From Minisyncoccota bacterium (GTDB lineage: Bacteria; Patescibacteriota; Minisyncoccia; Phycocordibacterales; JBAYLF01): a stretch of DNA of 64,000 nt. A program made the translations under genes and the position numbers. The stretch spans positions 29,690 through 93,689 of the forward strand of contig JBAYLF010000002.1 of assembly GCA_041664205.1 (NCBI GenBank), in the 5' to 3' direction. The notes under the pieces are model-generated. The model searched no databases and was not told the origin of the DNA. It was given only the letters and a program-made list of their open reading frames with translations. Positions 32,597 to 40,975 of the stretch are shown here, piece by piece; the stretch's first letter is position 1, and each line of letters opens with the position of its first letter.

Positions 32597-32649
32597 GTTT
32601 CTATTGTATCAAACTTTTAGCTAACCGTCTGGGATAATATCAGTGACTA

Positions 32650-33096
32650 TTATTTCTCAATAATCTTTTTAAGCTGATCGATAACTGCTTTTTCCCAGGA
32701 TTTCATCGAATACCCTTTGATAAGTGGTGTTGCAACTATACGTAACCATTTTTTATGAATGGTGACTTGATAAGTATAGTCGATCAAAGTTCCTTCGGCG
32801 TGTGGGAAAAGCAATAGCTCTTCATGTCCAGAAGTCCCAAACTGATAACTATCATTATCTGAGATAAAACCTTTACCTGGAAGAATTTGAGTCTTCATCT
32901 TCACTTGAAATCTTTTACCGAATGATTTTACAGTTGCTTCCATTTCTAAGTAATTTCCTTCACGTTTATTAATTTGTACTGATTCAGCGACTTTTGGAAA
33001 ATGCTCCGGAAGTTTTTCGAAGTCGGTCATTATTTTAAATACTTCGTCTATAGGAGCTTTAACGACCCATTGATTGTGAAGTGTTATTTCGTTCAT
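32650..33096 (-). CDS. SRPBCC/START-like family protein
   Basis: VKAPIDEVFKIMTDFEKLPEHFP N-terminal signature. Confidence 0.85.
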   Translation of the reverse strand: MNEITLHNQWVVKAPIDEVFKIMTDFEKLPEHFPKVAESVQINKREGNYLEMEATVKSFGKRFQVKMKTQILPGKGFISDNDSYQFGTSGHEELLLFPHAEGTLIDYTYQVTIHKKWLRIVATPLIKGYSMKSWEKAVIDQLKKIIEK

Positions 33097-33184
33097 GTAG
33101 AGTATTCTACAATAATTTGCTGGAGGTGACCAACATACATTACTACCACATTGTGGCTGATCATCTGGTACAAAACTGGAACTT

Positions 33185-33502
33185 TTATTTCAGATACGTA
33201 AACCATTTTTTGGTGATAGCTTTGACTGGGTCAATCCCTTCACTTTCTGCAAACAAAAGAAGGTAAGAAAACATATCGGCAAATTCGTTTGAAAACATTG
33301 TCTTTATTTCTTCTTTACTTTTTCCTTTCTGACGCCCCCTGTCTGTAAGCATCAAATATGTTTGCAAACACTCTCCCCACTCCTCGGTTATCTTGAACGG
33401 CAAATAATCCCTGTCTATTTTCACATCTGGAAAATCCTTTTTATATCTTTCCATCACCTTCTTGACCTTTTTGGTAATTTCTTTTAATTCACTTTTTGCC
33501 AT
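33185..33502 (-). CDS. MazG-like all-alpha NTP pyrophosphohydrolase
   Basis: KITEEWGE...EFAD (EExGE...ExAD) motif. Confidence 0.82.
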   Translation of the reverse strand: MAKSELKEITKKVKKVMERYKKDFPDVKIDRDYLPFKITEEWGECLQTYLMLTDRGRQKGKSKEEIKTMFSNEFADMFSYLLLFAESEGIDPVKAITKKWFTYLK

Positions 33503-33594
33503 GCAATTAATTTAACACTTATAGTTCAAATTTACGATCGGGGTATCTGTTACAATATTGGAATCATTCTCTCAGCCAATAATTCTAACACTAA

Positions 33595-34206
33595 TCATTC
33601 TTTATCAGCCAATACTACCAATCGTCTAGAATAACTTTTAGAAACTTTGTCCCAAACTCCTTCACAAGTTATGAGATTAAGATGTGCCTTTCCATCACTT
33701 GAACTAAATACCTCTGTAGCATTCGCTTTTGTATCATACAGCCGACTTTCGCGTACCACAAAAGTAGTAATAATTCCTTTTTCATCCTCAATGTATATTT
33801 GATCTCCCTTTTGTAATTTATATAAATTATCAAACACAGCCAGTATGTTATCTTTCCAACCATAATGTCCGGAAATAACTGCACTACCAATCTCTCCTGG
33901 ACGCGGGCCTAGATTGTACCAAGCTACATTAGTGGGACCTTTTGGTACATCCATATCCCCTTGAGCCGTAAGACCAATATACTCGACAAAAGCATCAACA
34001 TTAATCTTTGGGATCTGAAGACGAACAGGTAAAGCAACTTTTGTATTATTTTTTATAGTAGGCGGCATTAAAACTTTCTCAATCTGAATATGATCAAAAG
34101 GTTGGATAGAATTATGTTTAATAAAATAAAAAATAAATGCTAAAAAAATTGCAACCCCCAAAAAAACAACAGCTAACAGTTTTTTTGATAATATTTTAAT
34201 TTTCAT
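33595..34206 (-). CDS. Class F sortase
   Basis: PVRLQIPKI, GPRPGEIGSAVISGH, LNLITCEG and R..V catalytic His/Cys/Arg. Confidence 0.92.
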   Translation of the reverse strand: MKIKILSKKLLAVVFLGVAIFLAFIFYFIKHNSIQPFDHIQIEKVLMPPTIKNNTKVALPVRLQIPKINVDAFVEYIGLTAQGDMDVPKGPTNVAWYNLGPRPGEIGSAVISGHYGWKDNILAVFDNLYKLQKGDQIYIEDEKGIITTFVVRESRLYDTKANATEVFSSSDGKAHLNLITCEGVWDKVSKSYSRRLVVLADKE

Positions 34207-34289
34207 AAATTCTCCAAAGCTTAATTATACCATTAAAGCCAGACAAAAATTGGTCTGGCTTTAATATCTTATTTTCTAGTTATTCTAAC

Positions 34290-35054
34290 TTATACTAATT
34301 TGTTTGTTTTTATGTCTGTGTTTGTCTGTTTTCTTCGAAGAAAGTAAACTAAAACTAAAACTAAAACAAGAACACCTACAAGAGTGATAATTTTTATCCA
34401 ATCCGAAGAAAATCCAGTATTTGGAAGTCCTGGTGCAGCAACAACAACGGTTACTGGCGATAAATCAACTGCGGTCAAACCATTAGCATGACCAACAGCC
34501 GTACCAATATTTGTCGGACTATCGTTAACAATTACATCCACTGCACCATAACTGCCACTATTCCATAATCCTCCCGTGGCAGTGATTAAATCACCAGTTA
34601 TTGCTGAATCATTAGTCCATGTGATCCCGTCAGTAGACTCGGCATAATGCATGGCACTATTGGTATAAGGGCTGACGGTATTCCAATACCATATTCTGAA
34701 TTTTCCCTCGGTAAACTCCACATGAGGGTGACCGGCGTTATCAGGAATCAGTCCGGATACTTGGTTGGTTACAAGCGTCCAAGATAAACCATCAACCGAA
34801 GTGGCATAAGCAATCGTGCTGTTGCCTGAAGTAGAATTTGATTGATACCACATCCTATAGTCATTAGCTCCTATTTTAAGGACTGTGGGGAAATAAGCTT
34901 TTTCAGCAGTGATAACCGGATCATAAATTGGGTTTGTTGGATATTCAACCCATGTTGAAGCTAAAACTGTCGAACCAGCAAAAAGAAACAGAAAAAATAC
35001 AAAGGTCAATCTTGTTGTTACCGACATTAAAAATATGAACTTTTTTTTAAGCAT
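34290..35054 (-). CDS. Secreted partial beta-propeller glycosidase-like (GH43/GH130-like) protein with LPNTG sorting signal
   Basis: Signal peptide; YRMWY..IAYATSVDGLSW and YAESTDGITW repeats; LPNTG, TM and RRK tail. Confidence 0.75.
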   Translation of the reverse strand: MLKKKFIFLMSVTTRLTFVFFLFLFAGSTVLASTWVEYPTNPIYDPVITAEKAYFPTVLKIGANDYRMWYQSNSTSGNSTIAYATSVDGLSWTLVTNQVSGLIPDNAGHPHVEFTEGKFRIWYWNTVSPYTNSAMHYAESTDGITWTNDSAITGDLITATGGLWNSGSYGAVDVIVNDSPTNIGTAVGHANGLTAVDLSPVTVVVAAPGLPNTGFSSDWIKIITLVGVLVLVLVLVYFLRRKQTNTDIKTNKLV

Positions 35055-35168
35055 ATCAATGATGTTTTTATTTTACAGACGTCAATAAACATTCCTAATA
35101 TTTAACAAGGTTTCTTGTACTAATTAGTTGTGAAAAATATAAATAAAATATTTAATAAGTTGTTCAAC

Positions 35169-35525
35169 TTATTTTTGATCTGGCTTATCTGAAGTTGTGT
35201 TTTCGTCTCGATCACCAAACTTTTTCATCATTTCATAATAACCTTCAAAATATCCTTCGCGGTGCGCACCTCGTTTAATGAAGATATAAATTGGATACAA
35301 CAACATGACAAGTCCAACAAAAACAAACAATTTGTTCTGAAAATACAAAATCATTGCAATACCCATAACAGCAATTACCATAAGTCCAGCAAGACTCATT
35401 CCGCTGACATTCTTTGAAACTCCTTTATACTCTTCGTGTAATTTATTCAATTCTTCCTGTGTCGCATTCTTTATTTTTCCAACATTCTTTTTATTAAATT
35501 TCATAACGATAATATCACTAAACAA
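35169..35525 (-). CDS. Hypothetical two-TM protein
   Basis: Two hydrophobic helices; start uncertain. Confidence 0.65.
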   Translation of the reverse strand: MFSDIIVMKFNKKNVGKIKNATQEELNKLHEEYKGVSKNVSGMSLAGLMVIAVMGIAMILYFQNKLFVFVGLVMLLYPIYIFIKRGAHREGYFEGYYEMMKKFGDRDENTTSDKPDQK

Positions 35526-35819
35526 AATTATTAAACTGTTCTTTTATTTTACTATTATTTAAAAACTTCAGATGTCATCTTGTGGATAAAAAATAAATTT
35601 TTTATCAATTAATTATTAACAAGGCATCATTCAAATTGTAAAAATTAAACTCTTTTTAATCAAAATAACATACTTAATAAAGAAATTTTGATTGTTGTTA
35701 GTTAAAAACAAAAATCCATTCATTGTGACGTTTATTATAATAATACGTTATTAACTTATTTCTAATTTATTTTGATATAATAAAAATTATCTTTATCTTT
35801 TAAAAATAATTTTATTTAA

Positions 35820-37310
35820 ATGACCCAAGAACCACAAGATAAATCAAATGGGGACGGAGGAGGATCGCTCTTACAACTCGCGGCTATAGTTGAAGAATCT
35901 CACGACGCCATCATAGGTGAAACACTTGAAGGCATCATCACTAGTTGGAATGGTGGCGCAACGAAGATGTTTGGTTATTCTGCAGAGGAAGCGATAGGAA
36001 AATCAATCTCTATTTTGATCCCTTTAGAAATGAAAGATGAGGCGTTATTACTGTTAAATAAAGTTGCCGCGGGAGAAGTGATTGCCGACCATGATTCAGT
36101 AAGATCACGAAAAGATGGAACAAAGATTAATGTTGCGATATCTGTTTCTCCTGTCCACACAAAAGATGGTGTAATAATCGGCGCTTCGGTTGTTGAACGC
36201 GACATAACACTGCGTAAAAAATCTGAAGAATCAATGCGTCAGATTCAACTAATTGTAGAAAACTCACACGACGCAATTATTGGTAAAACACTTGAAGGCA
36301 TCATCACTAGTTGGAATGGTGGCGCAACGAAGATGTTTGGTTATTCTCCTGACGAAGTAATTGGAAAACCAATGACAAATCTATTTCCAGCAGAACTTAA
36401 GGATGAATTACCAAAATTACTTGAAAAGGTAAAACAGGGAGAAGTGATTGCTGATTATGATTCAATTTGGTTACGAAAAGATAATTCTCGCGCTGATGTG
36501 GAATTTTCAATCTCACCCGTTCATGCTGAAGATGGCACAATTATTGGTGCTTCTCTTGTTGGTAGAGATATTACAGAACGTAAAAAAAACGAAAAAGAAA
36601 TTAAAGAGCTGAACGAAGTTCGTAATAAATTCATAACCATTATTTCCCATCAATTAAGAACCCCCCTCACGGCCGTAAATTGGAATCTCGAATCAGTATT
36701 AAGTGGTAAATTTGGCAAACTAGAAGATACTGTGAACAAATTTTTACAAATCACCTATAAATCAAGCATTGAAATTACTAATCGTATTAATGATCTGCTT
36801 ACAGCAATGGATATTGAAGAAGGACGCGTAGTATTTCAAAAAGAAGAAGTTGCTCTCGATAGTATAGTCGCAGCAGTTATAAATGAAATGATGAAGAGGA
36901 GTGAAGCAAAAAATATTTCATGGCAATACGCCGCACCTGAGAAAGATCTTCCTGTTATTGAGGGTGATGGTGAAAAAATCCGAACAATTGTTAATAAACT
37001 AATAGAAAATGCGGTTACTTATACTAAAGATAATGGCAAAATTATTATCAAACTTGAAATGCGTGAAGATATGATCCATTTTGAAATCAATGATACTGGT
37101 GTCGGTATTCCTACACCAGAACAACATCGTTTATTTACTCGTTTTTTCCGAGCATCAAACGCTTCAGTTATGCAGCCGGATTCATTCGGACTAGGTCTAT
37201 TTATAACCAAAAGCTTTATTGAGCAACATGGTGGAAAAATCGGATTTGAAAGTAAAGAAGGAGAAGGAAGTATATTCTGGTTTGAGATACCAATAAAATC
37301 TACTCATTAA
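35820..37310 (+). CDS. Cytoplasmic double-PAS sensor histidine kinase
   Basis: Two PAS S-boxes (IITSWNGGATKMFGYS), SHQLRTPL H-box, DTGVGI and GLGLFI. Confidence 0.94.
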   Translation: MTQEPQDKSNGDGGGSLLQLAAIVEESHDAIIGETLEGIITSWNGGATKMFGYSAEEAIGKSISILIPLEMKDEALLLLNKVAAGEVIADHDSVRSRKDGTKINVAISVSPVHTKDGVIIGASVVERDITLRKKSEESMRQIQLIVENSHDAIIGKTLEGIITSWNGGATKMFGYSPDEVIGKPMTNLFPAELKDELPKLLEKVKQGEVIADYDSIWLRKDNSRADVEFSISPVHAEDGTIIGASLVGRDITERKKNEKEIKELNEVRNKFITIISHQLRTPLTAVNWNLESVLSGKFGKLEDTVNKFLQITYKSSIEITNRINDLLTAMDIEEGRVVFQKEEVALDSIVAAVINEMMKRSEAKNISWQYAAPEKDLPVIEGDGEKIRTIVNKLIENAVTYTKDNGKIIIKLEMREDMIHFEINDTGVGIPTPEQHRLFTRFFRASNASVMQPDSFGLGLFITKSFIEQHGGKIGFESKEGEGSIFWFEIPIKSTH

Positions 37311-37352
37311 TAAATTAAATTAATACAACGTAACTTATTCTAGATGTCAATA

Positions 37353-37500
37353 GCTGGGGAACAGGGATTCTCTCCTTACAGGAGCTGTACACCCTTCGTA
37401 TCGTGCTCGCAAAGCTCCGCGCGATATACTCAGGGTTTTCGAATCCCTGACGGAAGCAAAATTATTTGCTTCCTTTCCCACAGCACTACGCTGCGCTTCG
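37353..37500. repeat. tRNA-Gln 3'-end-derived direct and inverted copies
   Basis: 37353-37370 is identical to 37502-37519; an inverted copy at 37438-37486 is interrupted by a hairpin. Confidence 0.8.
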
Positions 37501-37502
37501 TG

Positions 37503-37573
37503 CTGGGGAACAGGGATTCGAACCCCAATTAACGGCTTCAAAGGCCGCTGTCCTACCTTTAGACGATTCCCCA
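37503..37573 (-). tRNA. tRNA-Gln(TTG)
   Basis: TGGGGAA/TTCCCCA acceptor stem, GCGGC-CTTTGAA-GCCGT anticodon arm, GGTTCGAATCC. Confidence 0.95.
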
Positions 37574-37577
37574 ATAT

Positions 37578-38630
37578 TTATTTATCTTGCCCCAACAATT
37601 TGATTAACGCAAGCTCCAAAGGAAGTTCTGGCAAATACGACTTCCCTACGTTATCATAAGCGTTCAAAAACTCTAACAAAGTCCCAGAATTTATATTCAG
37701 ATCTTTGCGCTGGCTCAACTCTTTAAATAATTCAGCATCTTCTTCAGAAAAATCGCTTAGCATATTAACCTCATTTGGAACAAATCGAAGCATCAGAAGC
37801 GCACGCAATTTCTTGAGAATTAGTTTTAAATATATCTTCATATCGATATCGTTTTCGGAAGCGGAACGAATTGCTTTGAGTCCTTTCTCAAGATCCTTTT
37901 CAGTGAGTGAAATAATAATGTTATTGACCAAAGTGCTCGCTGGGATTCCTGTTATTTTTTCTACATCGCTTGCTGTTATCTTTTTACCTTGTATTCCTGA
38001 AATAACTTTTTGCAAAACTCCCTGTGCGTCGCGAAAAGATCCTTCACCTAAAAGCGCAATGAGATCTGCGCCTGCAGGCTCAAGCTCAAATTCCTCTTCT
38101 TTTGCGTTTTTCAGTATTAAACTTTTTAATAATTTCTGGCCCGGCTTCTTAAAAGTAAAATGCTGACAGCGAGAAATGACCGTGTCCGGAAGCTTGTGAA
38201 CTTCTGTTGTGGCTAAAATAAAAACGGCGTGTGAAGGTGGTTCTTCCAAAGTTTTTAAAAGTGCGTTGAATGCTTCTTTTGTAAGCATGTGAACTTCATC
38301 AACAATATATACTTTGTATTTTGATTCGTAAGGAAGAGTGCTCACTGAATCGCGAATTTCGCGAATGTCATCAATTCCTCTATTCGATGCGGCATCAATT
38401 TCGTAGAGGTCGTGTTCTTTTGTACCGATCTCATCTGCAAAAATTCTAGCGATCGAGGTCTTGCCAGTTCCACGAGATCCAGCAAAAAGATATGCGTGAG
38501 AAATTGCATCATTTTTTATTGAGCCTTTTAGAGCATCAACAACATGGTCTTGCCCTAATACATCTTTAAATTTATGAGGACGATATTTGCGGTAAAGCGC
38601 TGTGTGGTTTTCTTGGTCTTTATCTTTCAT
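37578..38630 (-). CDS. dnaX: DNA polymerase III subunit gamma/tau
   Basis: ALYRKYRP, GSRGTGKT, EIDAASNRG, DEVHML and SRC motifs. Confidence 0.97.
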   Translation of the reverse strand: MKDKDQENHTALYRKYRPHKFKDVLGQDHVVDALKGSIKNDAISHAYLFAGSRGTGKTSIARIFADEIGTKEHDLYEIDAASNRGIDDIREIRDSVSTLPYESKYKVYIVDEVHMLTKEAFNALLKTLEEPPSHAVFILATTEVHKLPDTVISRCQHFTFKKPGQKLLKSLILKNAKEEEFELEPAGADLIALLGEGSFRDAQGVLQKVISGIQGKKITASDVEKITGIPASTLVNNIIISLTEKDLEKGLKAIRSASENDIDMKIYLKLILKKLRALLMLRFVPNEVNMLSDFSEEDAELFKELSQRKDLNINSGTLLEFLNAYDNVGKSYLPELPLELALIKLLGQDK

Positions 38631-39172
38631 GTTGTGTCTATTATATCAAATAATTGGATATCGTATATAAAAAAATAAACACGGGGTTTAATCCGTGTTT
38701 TTTGTTTTTGCTGGCGGAGCAGATTGATTACTCAATTGCTCCGCCAGCTTTCATTTTTCTACTAATCTGTTTCTTAGTATATGTGAACACCCCAAACTGA
38801 ATTAACGGGCACATATTTTTTAAGAAATCAGAAAGAATCGTCATTGGTACCTTTGCTTTACGAGCCCATGTTCGTCATCTTTCGATAACATTCCAGAAAA
38901 ATTGGTTAGACCTTTCCAGTATTGGGTTCTGCGTGAATGTTCCTTTCTAAGACCGTTCAGGCCTTATTCTGTGTTGCGAGTCTCTCAATTATTGTGTTTC
39001 CGGCGATTGTATTGGCGTTGGTATTGTCTAGCCCTGTAGCTCCTCCAGTTTCCCCCATGATGGGTTCGCTTTCGCATTCTGGCGCTTACGCGGGTTCTGT
39101 TAGGAAAAATCACTCCTTCTTATTGGGTCTGCTGACCCTGTTGTGTTTCGCGAAGAACAAAATTACTCTTAC

Positions 39173-39200
39173 ATAGTAGCAGATTAATTATTTTTGTCAA
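39173..39200 (-). promoter_or_regulatory. Putative sigma70 promoter
   Basis: TTGACA-N16-TACTAT with extended -10 TG on the minus strand. Confidence 0.5.
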
Positions 39201-39321
39201 GCGTTTTTATGGCAAACTTCATTTTAAATGTTAAATATCATAAAATATCCTTATTTTTAGGTATAAATAAAAAAAACAACGCATCTTATTAAAATGATGC
39301 GTTGTTGAATGGTGTAGTCAC

Positions 39322-39615
39322 CTACTTTTTAGTAGTATGTTCATTTTTTGAATGATGTTCTGAAGCGATATCCAGAGCTTTGAATATCGCTACAAAAACA
39401 ACCATAATGATTCCCATACTAGTCAGAAAAGGCACTACAGAAGGTCTTTGAGAAAATAATTCAAAGAAATAAATTATTCCATCTGCTATAAAAATTACAG
39501 CTATCTGCAATAGAGCTTCTCCGTATTTTTTATGTGTAATACAGCGAGTAACCGCGAACCATACATAAAAAATTATAGCAACGGGAAACCATGTTAAGAA
39601 TGTGTAAGAAGTCAT
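39322..39615 (-). CDS. Small membrane ORFan
   Basis: Three TM-like segments; downstream hairpin near 39276-39306. Confidence 0.6.
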   Translation of the reverse strand: MTSYTFLTWFPVAIIFYVWFAVTRCITHKKYGEALLQIAVIFIADGIIYFFELFSQRPSVVPFLTSMGIIMVVFVAIFKALDIASEHHSKNEHTTKK

Positions 39616-39623
39616 AATTCAGT

Positions 39624-39875
39624 TTATTTTTTAGTTATTGAATATGCTTCAGTGTTGCTATTTATGAAGCGAACTTTTACTTGAAGTTCGTTTATTATTA
39701 CACTGTTATGTAATGTTAAAATAGTAACAAACGCAAAAAACATAAAAATCCCAATTAAAAGATGATATAACTCGGGACTCAAACTACGACCACTAAAAGA
39801 TTCTAATTCTTCTACAAGAAAAGAATGTGTTAATACTAACATTATCAAACAAGCTATTATCATTAAATATTCCAT
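39624..39875 (-). CDS. Small membrane ORFan
   Basis: Two TM-like segments; AAGGA upstream. Confidence 0.55.
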   Translation of the reverse strand: MEYLMIIACLIMLVLTHSFLVEELESFSGRSLSPELYHLLIGIFMFFAFVTILTLHNSVIINELQVKVRFINSNTEAYSITKK

Positions 39876-39930
39876 AATTCATTTTCCTTTCATTTTTTTA
39901 AGAACTCAATTACTTTAGTAAAATATCAGA

Positions 39931-40950
39931 TTATTTAGATTTGTCAATAAAATTTTCTATTATCTTTTCCACTTCATCAGCATTTTCTGCTTCCATAAGT
40001 TGCATTCTTAATTCTTTAGCGCCGTCAAAGCCATTAACATAAGCTTTGAAATGCTTTTTCATTACTGCAAAATTTTTATGAGAAACAAGTTTTTCAAAAA
40101 GTTTTGTATGCTCAACTAACACTTTTAATTTTTCTGAAGTTTCAACCGAAGCATCTTCAACTTCTTGTACGTTTTTAAATTTTTCTAAATTAGCAAAAAG
40201 CCAAGGGTTTCCAAAAATCCCCCGCCCTATCATGACGCCGTCGCAGCCAGTTTCCCTCACCCTCTGAAACGCTTCACTTAAATTATTTACATCGCCATTT
40301 CCCAATATCAAAGTTTTGCTTTTTCTTTCGTCACGGATCTCAACCGCTCTTTTTACAAAATCCCAATTCGCTGGAACTTTCGACATTTCTTTTCTTGTGC
40401 GTGCATGAACTATTATCGCAACAGGTTCTGTTTCAAGAATTTCAGGAAGCCATGACTCAAGTTCATTTTTATTAAATCCGATGCGAGTTTTTACAGAAAC
40501 AGGAACATTGCCAGCACCTCTCTTAGCTGCATAAATTATTTCTTTCGCCAGCTTTGGATTTTTCATCAAGGCTGCTCCAGCTTTTTGCTTTTCAATACTT
40601 TTATCGGGACAGCCCATGTTTATATCAATTCCATCAAAACCCATCTCTGCTGCGAGGCGCGCAGCTTCTTCTATAGTTTCTGGATTAGAAGTAAAAAATT
40701 GCACGACAATAGGTCGTTCGGATTCATCGAACTTTAGATCTTTTATAAGTTGCTCTTTACCACCAACCCCACTCCGCGAAGCGCTTCGCGGTGCAAAGCA
40801 AAGTCCGTCAGCTGAAACAAATTCAGTCCACAAAACATCGGGCTTGCCATATTTGGCAATAATTTTTCTGAAAGCGACGTCTGTAACATCCGCCATTGGT
40901 GCCAAAGCGATTATTGGTTTTTTTATTTTTTCCCAAAAAGACATTAACAA
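39931..40950 (-). CDS. tRNA-dihydrouridine synthase (DusB-like)
   Basis: LAPMADVTD, DINMGCP, SVKTRIG, HARTR, GNGD and MIGRG motifs. Confidence 0.95.
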   Translation of the reverse strand: MLMSFWEKIKKPIIALAPMADVTDVAFRKIIAKYGKPDVLWTEFVSADGLCFAPRSASRSGVGGKEQLIKDLKFDESERPIVVQFFTSNPETIEEAARLAAEMGFDGIDINMGCPDKSIEKQKAGAALMKNPKLAKEIIYAAKRGAGNVPVSVKTRIGFNKNELESWLPEILETEPVAIIVHARTRKEMSKVPANWDFVKRAVEIRDERKSKTLILGNGDVNNLSEAFQRVRETGCDGVMIGRGIFGNPWLFANLEKFKNVQEVEDASVETSEKLKVLVEHTKLFEKLVSHKNFAVMKKHFKAYVNGFDGAKELRMQLMEAENADEVEKIIENFIDKSK

Positions 40951-40975
40951 AACATTAACATATTTTTCATATACG

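Noticed and set aside
35581-35589. Perfect DnaA box (TGTGGATAA) in an AT-rich intergenic region, as a possible oriC
   Set aside because: Only one clear box was seen and there is no dnaA or dnaN nearby.
29141-37370. Integrated island or prophage anchored at tRNA-Gln
   Set aside because: The tRNA 3' duplicate is only 149 bp from the tRNA, and no integrase, phage structural gene or distal att copy was seen.
37344-37574. ORFs 37344-37532 (+) and 37347-37574 (-)
   Set aside because: They overlap tRNA-Gln and its repeat trailer; spurious.
38670-39200. SRP RNA or RNase P RNA upstream of dnaX
   Set aside because: No SRP domain IV motif (CAGG…GGAA…AGCAG) and no RNase P GAGGAAAGTC motif; kept only as an unknown-transcript candidate.
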